Positions 19,981 through 30,596 of a stretch of DNA of 64,000 nucleotides are shown here, in pieces. Position 1 is the stretch's first letter; each line of letters starts with the position of its first letter. A program made the position numbers and the translations under genes. The notes under the pieces were generated by a model, which made no database searches, was not told the origin of the DNA, and saw nothing but the letters and a program-made list of their open reading frames with translations. The stretch comes from Pseudomonadota bacterium. Its GTDB lineage: Bacteria; Pseudomonadota; Alphaproteobacteria; Rhodobacterales; Rhodobacteraceae. The stretch covers positions 3,815-67,814 of the forward strand of contig JAZKGQ010000026.1 of NCBI GenBank assembly GCA_040385825.1, given 5' to 3'.

Positions 19981-22900
19981 TCACCCCTGCAACGTCCGCA
20001 CCCCGTACCCCTCACCGCGTGCCTTCATCGCCGCAACCGCCGCGATGCTCGCCGCCGCCGTGGTGAAATAGGGGATCTTGTCCATCAGGGCGACGCGGCG
20101 GATGTCGCGGCTGTCACTGACGGCCTGGGTGCCCTCGGTCGTGTTCATCACCAGGGCAATTTCTTCGTTCTTCAGCCGGTCCACGATGTTGGGGCGGCCC
20201 TCATAGACCTTGGCGACCGGGGTGCTGGGCACGCCCATGCCGGTCAGCCACAGGGTGGTGCCCTTGGTGGCGACGATCTCGAACCCCATGCCGACCAGAT
20301 CGCGGGCGGCGTCTGCCATTGCCTCGGTCTTGTCCATGTCCTTGATCGACAGGAACACCCGCCCGTCGGTCGGCAGGATGGTGCCAGCCCCCATCTGCGC
20401 CTTCAGAAACGCCAGCGCGAAGGTGCGGTCCCAGCCCATCACCTCGCCGGTTGAGCGCATTTCCGGCCCCAGCATCGGGTCCACGCCGGGGAAGCGGGCG
20501 AAGGGAAGCACGGCTTCCTTGACGGAAAACCAGGGGGTGATCGGGTCGGCGAGGGTGTTGGGGTCGGCCAGCGGCAGCGGCGTGTCGGGGCCGACATCCT
20601 GCGCATAAGGCGCGCGCAGCGGGAAGTTCGACAGCGGCTCGCCGGCCATCAGGCGGGCGGCGATGGAGGCGATGGCAGAATCGGTGGCCTTGGCAACGAA
20701 GGGCACGGTGCGGCTGGCGCGGGGGTTCACCTCCAGCACATAGATGTCTTCGCCCTTGATGGCGAATTGCACGTTCATCAGGCCGATGACGTTCAGGGCC
20801 AGAGCCATCTTGACGGTCTGGTCTTTCAGTTCTGCAATGGTGGCTGCGGACAGCGAATGCGGCGGCAGGCAGCAGGCAGAATCGCCGGAATGGACCCCGG
20901 CTTCTTCGATATGTTCCATGATGCCGCAGACGTGGACGGCGGTGCCATCGGACAGGGCATCGACATCAACCTCGATCGCACCCGACAGATAGCTGTCAAG
21001 CAGGACCGGGCTGCCGTCAGACACCTGCACGGCAGTACGGATATAGCGTTCAAGCTGGGCGTCGTCGCGGATGATCTCCATTGCGCGGCCGCCCAGAACG
21101 AAAGAGGGGCGGATCACAAGGGGGTAGCCGACATCTGCGGCAACCTTGAAAGCCTCGTCGCGCGACCGGGCGGTGCCGTTGACCGGCTGTTTCAGGCCGA
21201 GTTTGTGCAACAGTTGCTGAAACCGCTCGCGGTCTTCGGCAAGGTCGATGGCATCGGGGGTGGTGCCGAGGATCGGGATGCCTTCATTGGCCAGGGCCTG
21301 CGCCAGTTTCAGCGGCGTCTGGCCGCCAAGCTGCACGATCACGCCATGCAGGGTGCCGTTGTCCTGTTCGACCCGCAGAATTTCCAGCACGGATTCCAGC
21401 GTCAGCGGTTCAAAATACAGCCGGTCCGAAGTGTCGTAATCGGTGGACACGGTTTCCGGGTTGCAGTTGACCATGATCGTCTCATAGCCCGCCGCGGTCA
21501 GCGCGTAACAGGCGTGGACGCAGCAATAGTCGAACTCGATCCCCTGCCCGATGCGGTTGGGACCACCGCCGAGGATGACGACCTTTTTCGCGCCCGAAGG
21601 CCGCGCCTCGCATTCCACGTCGCCCATGGCGGGGGCTTCGTAGGTGGAATACATGTAGGGGGTCTGGGCCTCGAACTCGGCGGCGCAGGTGTCGATGCGC
21701 TTGAACACGGCGACCACGCCAAGGTTGCGGCGGGCGCGGCGGATCTGTGCTTCATCCCGGCCGGTCAGGGTGGCAAGGCGGGCGTCGGTAAAGCCGTACA
21801 TCTTGAGGCGGCGCAGGCCGGGCGCTGTGACGGGCAGGCCCCCTGCGCGGACTTCGGCCTCGATGTCGATGATTTCGCGGATGCGCGCCAGGAACCACGG
21901 GTCGAAGGCGGTGATCTGGTTGATTTCGGCATCGGTCAGGCCAAACCGCATGGCCTGGGCGATGACGCGGATGCGGTCGGGGGTTTGCAGCGACAGGGCC
22001 TTGAAGATGGCGGCCTTGTCGGGGGTGAAGTTTGGCAGGCGCGCGTCTCCGACACCGGGAATGACGATTTCGTCGAAACCCGTCAGGCCGGTTTCCAGGC
22101 TCGCCAGCGCCTTTTGCAGGGATTCGTGGATGGTGCGGCCAATCGCCATCACCTCGCCGACCGATTTCATCGCGGTGGTCAGGAACGGCTCGGACCCTGG
22201 AAATTTCTCGAAGGCGAAACGGGGGATCTTGGTGACGACATAATCGATAGAGGGTTCAAACGACGCAGGCGTGACCTTGGTGATGTCATTGTCCAACTCG
22301 TCCAGCGTATAGCCGACCGCCAGTTTGGCGGCGATCTTCGCAATCGGAAAGCCAGTGGCCTTGGACGCCAGCGCCGACGACCGCGACACCCGCGGGTTCA
22401 TCTCGATCACCACCATGCGGCCATCCGCCGGGTTGATCGCCCATTGCACGTTGGACCCGCCGGTTTCCACCCCGATCTCGCGCAGCACGGCAATGCTGCC
22501 GTTGCGCATGATCTGATATTCCTTGTCGGTCAGGGTCAGGGCAGGGGCCACGGTGATGGAATCGCCGGTATGCACGCCCATCGGATCGACGTTTTCAATG
22601 GCGCAGACGATGATCGCGTTATCCTTGCGGTCGCGCACCACCTCCATCTCGAACTCTTTCCAGCCCAGCAGCGACTCGTCCACGAGGACTTGCGCGACGG
22701 GCGACGCCTCTAGCCCCGACCGAACGATGGCCACATAGTCGTCGCGGTTGTAGGCCACGCCGCCGCCAGTGCCGCCAAGGGTAAAGGCGGGGCGGATGAT
22801 GGCGGGAAGGCCGACATATTCGATGGCGGCCAGCGCCTCGGCCACACCGGCGGAAATGTCGTATCTGCCGTTCACCTTGGGGGCGGAAACGATGGTGGCC

Positions 22901-23334
22901 TTGGGGTTTTCCAACCCGATACGGTCCATCGCCTCGCGGAACAACTTGCGATCTTCTGCCATTTCTATGGCATCGCGATTGGCGCCGATCAGTTGAACAT
23001 TGTACTTTTCCAACACCCCAAGGTCAGCGAGCGCCAAAGCCGTGTTCAGCCCGGTCTGCCCGCCCATGGTGGGCAGCAGCGCATCGGGGCGTTCCTTCTC
23101 GATGATCTTGGCGACAACTTCCGGCGTGATCGGTTCGATATAGGTGGCATCCGCCAGCCCCGGATCGGTCATGATGGTGGCGGGGTTGGAATTGACCAGC
23201 ACCACCCGGTAGCCTTCTTCGCGCAGCGCCTTGCAGGCCTGTGCCCCCGAATAGTCGAACTCGCAGGCCTGCCCGATGACGATGGGGCCTGCACCAATGA
23301 TCATGATAGACTTGATATCGGTCCGCTTCGGCAT
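19981..23334 (-). CDS. carB: carbamoyl-phosphate synthase large subunit
   Basis: [31 protein letters not shown]-terminus, duplicated ATP-grasp halves, MGS-like C-terminus. About 1117 aa from the trimmed start. Confidence 0.95.
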   Translation of the reverse strand: MPKRTDIKSIMIIGAGPIVIGQACEFDYSGAQACKALREEGYRVVLVNSNPATIMTDPGLADATYIEPITPEVVAKIIEKERPDALLPTMGGQTGLNTALALADLGVLEKYNVQLIGANRDAIEMAEDRKLFREAMDRIGLENPKATIVSAPKVNGRYDISAGVAEALAAIEYVGLPAIIRPAFTLGGTGGGVAYNRDDYVAIVRSGLEASPVAQVLVDESLLGWKEFEMEVVRDRKDNAIIVCAIENVDPMGVHTGDSITVAPALTLTDKEYQIMRNGSIAVLREIGVETGGSNVQWAINPADGRMVVIEMNPRVSRSSALASKATGFPIAKIAAKLAVGYTLDELDNDITKVTPASFEPSIDYVVTKIPRFAFEKFPGSEPFLTTAMKSVGEVMAIGRTIHESLQKALASLETGLTGFDEIVIPGVGDARLPNFTPDKAAIFKALSLQTPDRIRVIAQAMRFGLTDAEINQITAFDPWFLARIREIIDIEAEVRAGGLPVTAPGLRRLKMYGFTDARLATLTGRDEAQIRRARRNLGVVAVFKRIDTCAAEFEAQTPYMYSTYEAPAMGDVECEARPSGAKKVVILGGGPNRIGQGIEFDYCCVHACYALTAAGYETIMVNCNPETVSTDYDTSDRLYFEPLTLESVLEILRVEQDNGTLHGVIVQLGGQTPLKLAQALANEGIPILGTTPDAIDLAEDRERFQQLLHKLGLKQPVNGTARSRDEAFKVAADVGYPLVIRPSFVLGGRAMEIIRDDAQLERYIRTAVQVSDGSPVLLDSYLSGAIEVDVDALSDGTAVHVCGIMEHIEEAGVHSGDSACCLPPHSLSAATIAELKDQTVKMALALNVIGLMNVQFAIKGEDIYVLEVNPRASRTVPFVAKATDSAIASIAARLMAGEPLSNFPLRAPYAQDVGPDTPLPLADPNTLADPITPWFSVKEAVLPFARFPGVDPMLGPEMRSTGEVMGWDRTFALAFLKAQMGAGTILPTDGRVFLSIKDMDKTEAMADAARDLVGMGFEIVATKGTTLWLTGMGVPSTPVAKVYEGRPNIVDRLKNEEIALVMNTTEGTQAVSDSRDIRRVALMDKIPYFTTAAASIAAVAAMKARGEGYGVRTLQG

Positions 23335-23420
23335 GTCAGCCCCCATATGTCGCGCAAAACTTCGCGGGTTATAGCCATGGGTCGCGGGCGCGCAAGGGGA
23401 TTCCGGGGGCGTCGTGCCAT

Positions 23421-23450
23421 GCAAAAGGCCGGGGTCTGCACCCCGGCCTT
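23421..23450 (-). terminator. rho-independent terminator of the permease gene
   Basis: 11-bp stem aaggccggggt / accccggcctt with a 4-nt loop. On the minus strand it runs into a TTTT tract. Confidence 0.7.
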
Positions 23451-23474
23451 CGTGTCGTTCACCTCAGGGCGCGG

Positions 23475-25034
23475 TCAGCCCTTCTCGCCGACCGCATGCT
23501 CGGCGGCAGCGATGGCCGATTTCCGCTTTGCGATGGCATCACCGATCGGCGGCCCCTGGAAACGGCGGTTCTCGAACACGACCCAGATGATCAGGGCCAG
23601 CACGATGAAGCCGACCGTGATTTCCAGCGCCCAGTCGTTCGGCGGCTGGATGCCGATGTAAAACATCAGCGCCATGGCCAGCAGCGAGGCGACCGCGAAC
23701 AGCCTGTAGGCGCCGATCCCGATGTTCCACGGCCCCATGACGGACCATTTCGGGCCGCCGATCGTCAGCAGACCAAGGCCGATCGGCAGCGCAAAGGACA
23801 GGAACAGGAAGATCACCGTGCAGGACACCACGATCGAATAGGCAGGCGTTCCGGCAATGGTGATGGCGGATGTCAGCCAAACGAACAGCACCGACAGGAT
23901 CGAGGCCGCCCAGATCGCATTGACCGGCGTGCGGTAGGACGGGCTGACGGTGGCCAAGGCCCTGGACGCGCCCGGAATGCCGCCATCGCGCGAAAAGGCA
24001 AACAGCATCCGGCTGGCCGAGGTCACGGTGGCCAGGCCGCACAGCCATTGCGACACGAAGATGGCGATGTACAGCACCAGTTTCAGGGTCGGGTTCACCT
24101 GGGCATCCATGCCCCAGAAGAACACGTTCCAGCCCTGCTTGGCGGCGTCATCCATGTTCGGCAGCATCAGGACAAAGGCACACAGCATGATCCAGCCGGC
24201 AAGACCGGACCAGATCACCGAGGACACCATTCCCTTGGGCACCGAAACCGAGGCACGAATGGTTTCTTCGGATGTGTGGGCCGAAGCGTCATAGCCCGTG
24301 ATGGTGTAGATCGGCAGCAAAAGCCCCAGCAGAAAGGCCATGCCCCCGCCGACGGCAACCGGCCAGACGGCCGAGGCGCCTTCGGTCCCGGTGTAATTGC
24401 CAAAGGTCCACAGGCGCGACAGGTCAAGGTTGGTGATCGAGACAAGGCAGGTGATCGTCAGCAAGGCCGCCGTGCCAAGGATCAGGAAACCGGAAAAGTC
24501 GGTCAGCTTGGCTGTGAGCCTGATCCCGAAATGGTTGACAAGCGCCTGCAGCGCAGTGATCGCGGCCACGAAAAGCACGCGGTTCGTCAGCGTGTCCTCC
24601 ATGCCGAACTGCGCACCGAAGGCACCGAAAAAGAAGTAGAACGTGCCAACGTTGATCGCGCCCAGAACGGTGACAAGCCCCAGCAGGTTCAGCCAGGCCG
24701 ACAGCCAGCCGGTAAAGCGGTTTCCCAGAATCGAGCCCCAGTGGTAAAGTCCCCCTGCGGTCGGATAGGCCGACGAGATCTGCGCAAGGCACAGGGCAAA
24801 GACGCCCGACATCACCACACCGACCGGCCAGCCGATGCCGATGGCCGCCCCGCCCGCCCCCGATGTGGCCTGACCAAGCGAGTTGATCCCGCCCGACAGG
24901 ATGCAGATGATCGAGAAAGAGATGGCAAAGTTCGAGAAGCGGCTCATCGACCGCTCCAGTTCCTGGGCATAGCCCATGCCGTGCAGGACTTTTATGTCCT
25001 CACTTTTGTCCTTGTCACTATAGCCGGTTGTCAT
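23475..25034 (-). CDS. APC-superfamily amino acid/organocation permease
   Basis: 519 aa, about 12 TM segments. N-terminal FSNFAISFSIICILSGG typical of the amino acid/choline (ACT-like) subfamily. Confidence 0.85.
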   Translation of the reverse strand: MTTGYSDKDKSEDIKVLHGMGYAQELERSMSRFSNFAISFSIICILSGGINSLGQATSGAGGAAIGIGWPVGVVMSGVFALCLAQISSAYPTAGGLYHWGSILGNRFTGWLSAWLNLLGLVTVLGAINVGTFYFFFGAFGAQFGMEDTLTNRVLFVAAITALQALVNHFGIRLTAKLTDFSGFLILGTAALLTITCLVSITNLDLSRLWTFGNYTGTEGASAVWPVAVGGGMAFLLGLLLPIYTITGYDASAHTSEETIRASVSVPKGMVSSVIWSGLAGWIMLCAFVLMLPNMDDAAKQGWNVFFWGMDAQVNPTLKLVLYIAIFVSQWLCGLATVTSASRMLFAFSRDGGIPGASRALATVSPSYRTPVNAIWAASILSVLFVWLTSAITIAGTPAYSIVVSCTVIFLFLSFALPIGLGLLTIGGPKWSVMGPWNIGIGAYRLFAVASLLAMALMFYIGIQPPNDWALEITVGFIVLALIIWVVFENRRFQGPPIGDAIAKRKSAIAAAEHAVGEKG

Positions 25035-25293
25035 GGTTCCCTCGTTTCTGTTGAACTTGGCCGCTCGTTTCTGGCACTGTGGCTGGCCTGGCGGTCCGTG
25101 ACTGTATCAAAGCACAATCCAGATATGGTGCAAGCGTCATGTTGGACGGACCAAATTTGGACAGCGCCCGGCACAGATGCCGCGCGCAGAGGTCGCAAAA
25201 CGCGCAAGGGACGGGCGGTTTTCGCGTGGTGAACGGGCACGGATGGCATTAGGTGGGCGCTGTGGGGCGAAAGGCTGACGGGGGGCCTGCGAC

Positions 25294-26430
25294 GTGATCT
25301 TGTGCGAACATGGGCCGCAGGGCGTGCCTGCGCTGTTTGACGGCGCGGTGGCCGTTGTCACCGCGCACAGCCCGCGCGATGTGGCGCGCGCTTTTGCGCA
25401 GGCCGAAGGCTGGCGGCAACGGGGCTGCTGGATTGCGGGCTATGTGGCCTATGAGGCGGGCCATGCGCTGGAGCCGCGCCTGCGCAAGGGCATGCCCCGG
25501 CGCAGGCCGGGGCCTCTGGTGGCATTCGGCGTCTATCCAGGCCCGCAACCGGCGGTCGGCGTGCTGGACCGGGCGGCGGCCGAGGGGCAGGGCACCGCAA
25601 TGACGGCCCCGGTGCCGATGGTGGGCCGGGCGGCGTATGACGCGGCGATGGCACGGGTGCTGGGCTATATCGCGGCGGGCGACTGCTATCAGGTGAACCT
25701 GACCTTTCCGATGCAGGCGCGGCTGGTATCAGGCACACCCCTGGGCCTGTATGGCGCGTTCCGCCGCACCGGGCCGGTGGGGCATGGCGCGTTTGTCGAT
25801 CTGGGGGTGGGGCCGGTGGTGGTGTCGCGGTCGCCCGAGCTGTTCTTCCGGCTGGAGGCCGGGGGCAGGATTGTGGCCCGCCCGATGAAAGGCACCGCCC
25901 CGCGCGACCCCGACCCCGCGCGCGATGCGGCGATCGCGGCGGCCTTGCAGGTGTCGGTCAAGGACCGGGCGGAAAACCTGATGATCGTGGATCTGCTGCG
26001 CAATGATATATCCCGGCTGGCTCGCGTGGGCACGGTCAGGGTGCCTGCGCTGTTTGCGATGGAACGCTATGCGACGGTGCATCAGATGACCTCGACGATA
26101 GAGGCCGACCTGGCCGAGGCCCCGACCTTGCCTGCGCTGATGGCGGCGCTGTTCCCTTGCGGATCGGTCACCGGCGCGCCAAAGATCCGCGCCATGCAGA
26201 TCATCCGCGAGGTGGAACCACAGCCCCGCGGCGTCTATTGCGGCGCGATCGGCTGGATGTCGCCGGACGGCGAGGCGGATTTCTCGGTGGCGATCCGCAC
26301 CCTGTCGGTGACGGGGCAGGACATCGTGATGAATGTGGGCGGCGGGGTGGTGCATGGGTCCACCGCGCAGGGCGAATGGGAGGAGGCCTTGTGGAAGGCA
26401 CGCTTCGTGAAGGCGGCGGTTCGGGCGTAA
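25294..26430 (+). CDS. pabB: aminodeoxychorismate synthase component I (chorismate-binding enzyme)
   Basis: Chorismate-binding core: MKGTAPR, ENLMIVDLLRNDI, FPCGSVTGAPKIRAMQII, RGVYCGAIGW. GTG start as given by the track. Confidence 0.75.
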   Translation: MILCEHGPQGVPALFDGAVAVVTAHSPRDVARAFAQAEGWRQRGCWIAGYVAYEAGHALEPRLRKGMPRRRPGPLVAFGVYPGPQPAVGVLDRAAAEGQGTAMTAPVPMVGRAAYDAAMARVLGYIAAGDCYQVNLTFPMQARLVSGTPLGLYGAFRRTGPVGHGAFVDLGVGPVVVSRSPELFFRLEAGGRIVARPMKGTAPRDPDPARDAAIAAALQVSVKDRAENLMIVDLLRNDISRLARVGTVRVPALFAMERYATVHQMTSTIEADLAEAPTLPALMAALFPCGSVTGAPKIRAMQIIREVEPQPRGVYCGAIGWMSPDGEADFSVAIRTLSVTGQDIVMNVGGGVVHGSTAQGEWEEALWKARFVKAAVRA

Positions 26431-26999
26431 GGCTGATCGAGACGCTGCTGTGGGACGGCGGGGCCTATCCGCGGCTGGCCTTGCACAAGGCGCGGCTGGC
26501 GGCGGGGGCGCAGGCTTTGGGCTGGGGCGTGCCGGTCTGGCCTGTGTTGCCTCAGGTACAGGCACCTGCGCGGGTGCGGCTGACGATGGGGGCGGCGGGG
26601 GATCATGCGGTGGAAGTGGCGGCGCTGCCCGAGGCCAAACCGCTGTGGCGCCTGGGCTTGGCCGAGGCGCGGCTGCAGTCGGGCGACCCGTGGCTGCGGG
26701 TGAAATCGACGCGGCGGGCGGTCTATGATGACGCGCGGGCCGGATTGGTCGGCGGGCTGGACGAGGTGGTGTTCGCCAACGAGCGCGGCGAGGTCTGCGA
26801 CGGCACCATCACCACGCTGTTCTTTGATCGCGGTCAGGGAATGCGCACGCCGCCGCTGAGCTCGGGCCTGCTGCCGGGGGTGTTGCGTGCGGAACTGGGG
26901 TGCCCTGAGGAGGTGTTGCTGGTGGGGGATTTGGCCGACGTGCGGCTGTGGGTCGGGAATGCGCTGCGGGGTGTTTGCGCGGCGGTTTGGGTGGGGTAG
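26376..26999 (+). CDS. class IV aminotransferase-fold protein, probable aminodeoxychorismate lyase; start uncertain
   Basis: LIETLLWDGG..., KSTRRAVYD, DEVVFANERGEVCDGTITTLFF, LSSGLLPGVLR. The ATG at 26376 overlaps pabB by 55 nt; a later non-ATG start is possible. Confidence 0.6.
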   Translation: MGGGLVEGTLREGGGSGVRLIETLLWDGGAYPRLALHKARLAAGAQALGWGVPVWPVLPQVQAPARVRLTMGAAGDHAVEVAALPEAKPLWRLGLAEARLQSGDPWLRVKSTRRAVYDDARAGLVGGLDEVVFANERGEVCDGTITTLFFDRGQGMRTPPLSSGLLPGVLRAELGCPEEVLLVGDLADVRLWVGNALRGVCAAVWVG

Positions 27000-27043
27000 C
27001 CATTTTCTTTGAAGAAAATGGCAAATTCCTTTGAAGGAATTTG
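26999..27043. repeat. two abutting AT-rich perfect palindromes sharing the centre CTTTGAAG
   Basis: GCCATTTTCTT-TG-AAGAAAATGGC (26999-27022) and CAAATTCCTT-TG-AAGGAATTTG (27022-27043), starting in the stop codon of the pabC-like gene. Confidence 0.8.
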
Positions 27044-27097
27044 GTGCGCCGGGCTTGGGAGGTGGTTTTCGGTTGAACACTCCGGCCTCCGGCCAAA

Positions 27098-27114
27098 CGG
27101 AATGAGTCATTCCG
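27098..27114. repeat. 17-bp palindrome CGGAATGA-G-TCATTCCG
   Basis: 8+1+8 perfect inverted repeat in the same intergenic region, about 105 bp upstream of aspS. Confidence 0.7.
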
Positions 27115-27218
27115 GTCTGGATATTTGGGCCATTGTGAAAGGGTGCGGGGTTGACTTGGGGCCTACGGCGGGGTGTATCGGCGGCAACTGAATTAGCCTC
27201 CGTTGAAGGGGAAGCCTT

Positions 27219-29000
27219 ATGCACGCCTATCGCAGCCACACTTGCGCCGATCTGAACACAACCCATGTGGGGGCCGAGGTGCGGCTTTCGGGCTGGGTGC
27301 ACCGGGTGCGCGATCATGGCGGGGTGATGTTTCTGGACCTGCGGGATCACTATGGCATCAGCCAGGTGATTGCCGACAGTGACAGTCCGGCCTTTGCGGG
27401 TCTGGCGGCGGTGCGGGCCGAATGGGTGGTGCAGATTGACGGGCGGGTGAAGGCGCGGGATGCGTCACTGGTCAACCCCAAGCTGCCGACCGGCGAGATC
27501 GAGATTTACGCCACCGGCATCACCGTGCTGGGCGAGGCGGCGGACCTGCCGATGCCGGTGTTCGGCGATGTGGAATACCCAGAGGAAACCCGGCTGACCT
27601 ACCGCTTTCTGGACCTGCGGCGTGAAAAGCTGCATCGCAACATGATGTTGCGGTCCAACGTGGTGCGGTCGATCCGCAACCGGATGTGGGATCAGGGCTT
27701 CAACGAGTTTCAGACGCCGATCATCACCGCCTCGTCGCCGGAAGGCGCGCGGGATTTTCTGGTGCCGAGCCGTCTGCACCCCGGCAAGTTCTATGCCCTG
27801 CCGCAGGCGCCGCAGCAGTTCAAGCAGTTGATCATGGTGGCGGGGTTTGACCGTTATTTCCAGATAGCACCCTGTTTCCGCGATGAAGACCCGCGGGCGG
27901 ATCGCAGCCCGACCGACTTCTATCAGCTTGATATCGAGATGAGTTTTGTCGAGCAGGAAGATGTGTTTGCCGCCGTGCAGCCCGTGGTGCAGGGGATTTT
28001 CGAGGAATTCGCGCCGGGCAAGAAGGTCTATTCCGATTGGACGCGAATTGCCTATCGCGACAGTCTGAAATGGTACGGGTCGGACAAGCCCGACCTGCGC
28101 AACCCGATCAGGATGCAGGATGTATCCGAGCATTTTGCAGGGTCGGGCTTTGCGATCTTTGCCAAGCTGCTGGAGGTTGCGGGCAATGAGGTGCGGGCTA
28201 TTCCGGCCCCGACTGGTGGGTCGCGCAAGTTCTGTGACCGCATGAACGCCTTCGCCCAGAAGGAAGGGCTGCCGGGGATGGGGTATATCCTGTGGCGCAA
28301 CGCCGAGGACGGGTCGGGGATGGAGGCCGCAGGCCCCTTGGCCAAGAACATCGGCCCCGAGCGCACCGAAGCCATTCGCCAGCAACTCGGCCTTGGCGTC
28401 GGCGATGCCGCCTTCTTCCTTGGCGGCAAGCCCGAGGCCTTCGAGGCGGTGGCTGGTCGCGCCCGCAATGAGATTGGCCGGGAGTTGGGGCTGACCGAGA
28501 AGGATTGCTTCAAATTCGCCTGGATTGTCGATTTCCCGATGTATGAGAAGACCGACGAGGGCAAGATCGACTTCAGCCACAACCCGTTTTCCATGCCGCA
28601 GGGTGGGATGGAGGCGTTGAATGGCGATCCGTTGCAGGTTTATGCCTATCAGTATGATCTGGCCTGCAATGGCTATGAGTTGATCAGTGGTGGCATCCGC
28701 AACCACAAGCCCGAGATCATGTTCAAGGCGTTTGAACTGGCGGGCTATCCCAACAGTGAAGTCGAAAAGCGCTTTGGCGGTATGGTCAAGGCGTTCAAAT
28801 ATGGCGCGCCGCCCCATGGCGGCTGTGCGGCGGGGATCGACCGGATCGTGATGCTGCTGGCCGATGAGGCCAACATCCGCGAGGTGATCATGTTCCCGAT
28901 GAACCAGCGCGCGGAAGACCTGCTGATGGGCGCGCCGAACGAACCGCTGGCCAAGCAGCTGCGCGAGTTGAACATCCGCGTGGTGCCGAAAGAGGCATAG
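27219..29000 (+). CDS. aspS: aspartate--tRNA ligase
   Basis: [13 protein letters not shown]-terminus with OB fold. Class II motifs ([34 protein letters not shown]); 593 aa. Confidence 0.95.
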   Translation: MHAYRSHTCADLNTTHVGAEVRLSGWVHRVRDHGGVMFLDLRDHYGISQVIADSDSPAFAGLAAVRAEWVVQIDGRVKARDASLVNPKLPTGEIEIYATGITVLGEAADLPMPVFGDVEYPEETRLTYRFLDLRREKLHRNMMLRSNVVRSIRNRMWDQGFNEFQTPIITASSPEGARDFLVPSRLHPGKFYALPQAPQQFKQLIMVAGFDRYFQIAPCFRDEDPRADRSPTDFYQLDIEMSFVEQEDVFAAVQPVVQGIFEEFAPGKKVYSDWTRIAYRDSLKWYGSDKPDLRNPIRMQDVSEHFAGSGFAIFAKLLEVAGNEVRAIPAPTGGSRKFCDRMNAFAQKEGLPGMGYILWRNAEDGSGMEAAGPLAKNIGPERTEAIRQQLGLGVGDAAFFLGGKPEAFEAVAGRARNEIGRELGLTEKDCFKFAWIVDFPMYEKTDEGKIDFSHNPFSMPQGGMEALNGDPLQVYAYQYDLACNGYELISGGIRNHKPEIMFKAFELAGYPNSEVEKRFGGMVKAFKYGAPPHGGCAAGIDRIVMLLADEANIREVIMFPMNQRAEDLLMGAPNEPLAKQLRELNIRVVPKEA

Positions 29001-29230
29001 GCTTTGGTCACCCGTGACGTCTGCCACAAGCAAAGGCCGGCGCGGGTGCGATAGCCGGCACGGCATGGGCCCACAGATATTGCACCGACCTGCCGGGGCC
29101 GCGTCGCCCTTTGGCGGAATATCGCCTTTGTTGCGCGGGATGGCGACGGAACCGGCCCTGTGCCGCGTTCGTTAGGTGAAAACAACACAGGCTTGGCGTA
29201 TGGTCGGTTTGACATCTGAGGGAGCCTGCA

Positions 29231-30592
29231 ATGACAGACACCACGGCAGCTTTTCGCTTTGGCTTTGGCCTGCCCCTGCCCGAGGGCGCCCCCACCACGC
29301 CCGAGGCGATGATGGCGGCGCTGCGCGGGCCGGATCTGGCGGCGCAGACGCATTTCGGCGGCGGTGGCATGGTCGAATTGCTGCCGCTGATGGAAAACAT
29401 GCGGCTGGCCCGGATCGAGTACAAGAAAAACCCCGACAAGAAAGGGGCGGGCAAGGCCGAGCGGCGGGCCGTGCAGGCGACCCATGCGATGGCGACGGTC
29501 TTCATGCGCGCGACCATCGCGCGGGCGGTGGATTCGCCCGATGGGCTGCGCGAACGGCTGGCGGCGTTCTGGGCTGACCATTTCACCACCGTATCGCGCA
29601 GCAAGCTGGACCGGGCCTTGCCGGGCAGCCTGATGGAAGATGCCATCCGCCCCAATCTGACCGGCCGCTTTGCCGCGCTGTTGCAGGCGGTGACGCTGCA
29701 TCCGGCAATGCTGATCTATCTGGATCAGGTCAATTCCATCGGGCCGACCTCGACACGGGGCAAACGGCGGGGCAAGGGGCTGAACGAGAATCTGGCGCGC
29801 GAGTTGATGGAACTGCACACTCTGGGCGTGGGGTCGGCTTATACTCAGGCCGATGTGCGCGAGATGGCCGAACTGCTGACCGGGCTGACCTTCGTGGGCG
29901 ACAAGGGCTTTGCCTTTGATCAGTCGCGGGTGGAACCGGGGCCGGATCAGGTGCTGGGCGTCAGCTATGATGGCAAGGGTCTGGACCCGATCAAGGCCGC
30001 GTTGACCGATCTGGCGCGGCATCCCGATACGGTCCGCCATGTGTCGGGCAAGCTGGCGACCCATTTCGTCGCCGATACGCCGGATGCGGGGCTGGTGGAG
30101 GCGCTGGTTGCGGCCTGGCAGGACAGTGACGGCGATCTGGGGATGGTGACGCAAGCCTTGCTGACCCATCCGGCCGTCTGGCAGGCCCCGCCCGCCAAGG
30201 CGCGCCAGCCGTTTGAATTTCTGGTGGCCGGGCTGCGGGCGCTTGGCATCTCGGGGGCGGATGTCGTGGCGATGCCCGACAAGGAGTTCACCAATTACAT
30301 CGCGGGCCGTCTGCGCGACATGGGCCAGCCCTGGCATGGGGCGGGCGGGCCGGACGGCTGGCCCGAGGCCGCCGAGGCCTGGATCAACCCGCAGCGGCTG
30401 GCTTCGCGGATCACCTGGGCGATGGAGGTGCCGGCCCGTCTGGTCGACCCGTTGCCCGACCCGCGCGACTTTGCCGCCCGCGCTTTGGGCGACCGCGCCA
30501 GCGAGGTGTTGATGGTGGCCGCCGGTCGGGCGGAATCGCTGCGTGAAGGGGTGGGCCTTGTGCTGGCCAGCCCTGAATTCAACCGGAGGTAA
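29231..30592 (+). CDS. DUF1800 family protein
   Basis: ENLARELMELHTLGV and ADVREMAELLTG signatures as I recall DUF1800. Immediately followed by a DUF1501 gene, the usual pairing. Confidence 0.75.
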   Translation: MTDTTAAFRFGFGLPLPEGAPTTPEAMMAALRGPDLAAQTHFGGGGMVELLPLMENMRLARIEYKKNPDKKGAGKAERRAVQATHAMATVFMRATIARAVDSPDGLRERLAAFWADHFTTVSRSKLDRALPGSLMEDAIRPNLTGRFAALLQAVTLHPAMLIYLDQVNSIGPTSTRGKRRGKGLNENLARELMELHTLGVGSAYTQADVREMAELLTGLTFVGDKGFAFDQSRVEPGPDQVLGVSYDGKGLDPIKAALTDLARHPDTVRHVSGKLATHFVADTPDAGLVEALVAAWQDSDGDLGMVTQALLTHPAVWQAPPAKARQPFEFLVAGLRALGISGADVVAMPDKEFTNYIAGRLRDMGQPWHGAGGPDGWPEAAEAWINPQRLASRITWAMEVPARLVDPLPDPRDFAARALGDRASEVLMVAAGRAESLREGVGLVLASPEFNRR

Positions 30593-30596
30593 GGCT

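Larger units (their letters stand above)
19422..20066 (+). mobile_element. REP-associated tyrosine transposase (RayT, IS200/Y1 HUH family); REP-derived insertions in the coding sequence
   Basis: HUH motif LPDHMHCVW, RFWEHHIRD, and catalytic-Tyr region HVQYCWNNPVKHGLV. The 3' end runs 86 nt into the convergent carB. Confidence 0.75.

Noticed and set aside
27009-27191. 60-aa ORF MKKMANSFEGIW... in the pabC-aspS spacer
   Set aside because: It starts inside the AT-rich palindromes. It has no Shine-Dalgarno, no family resemblance and non-coding-like composition.
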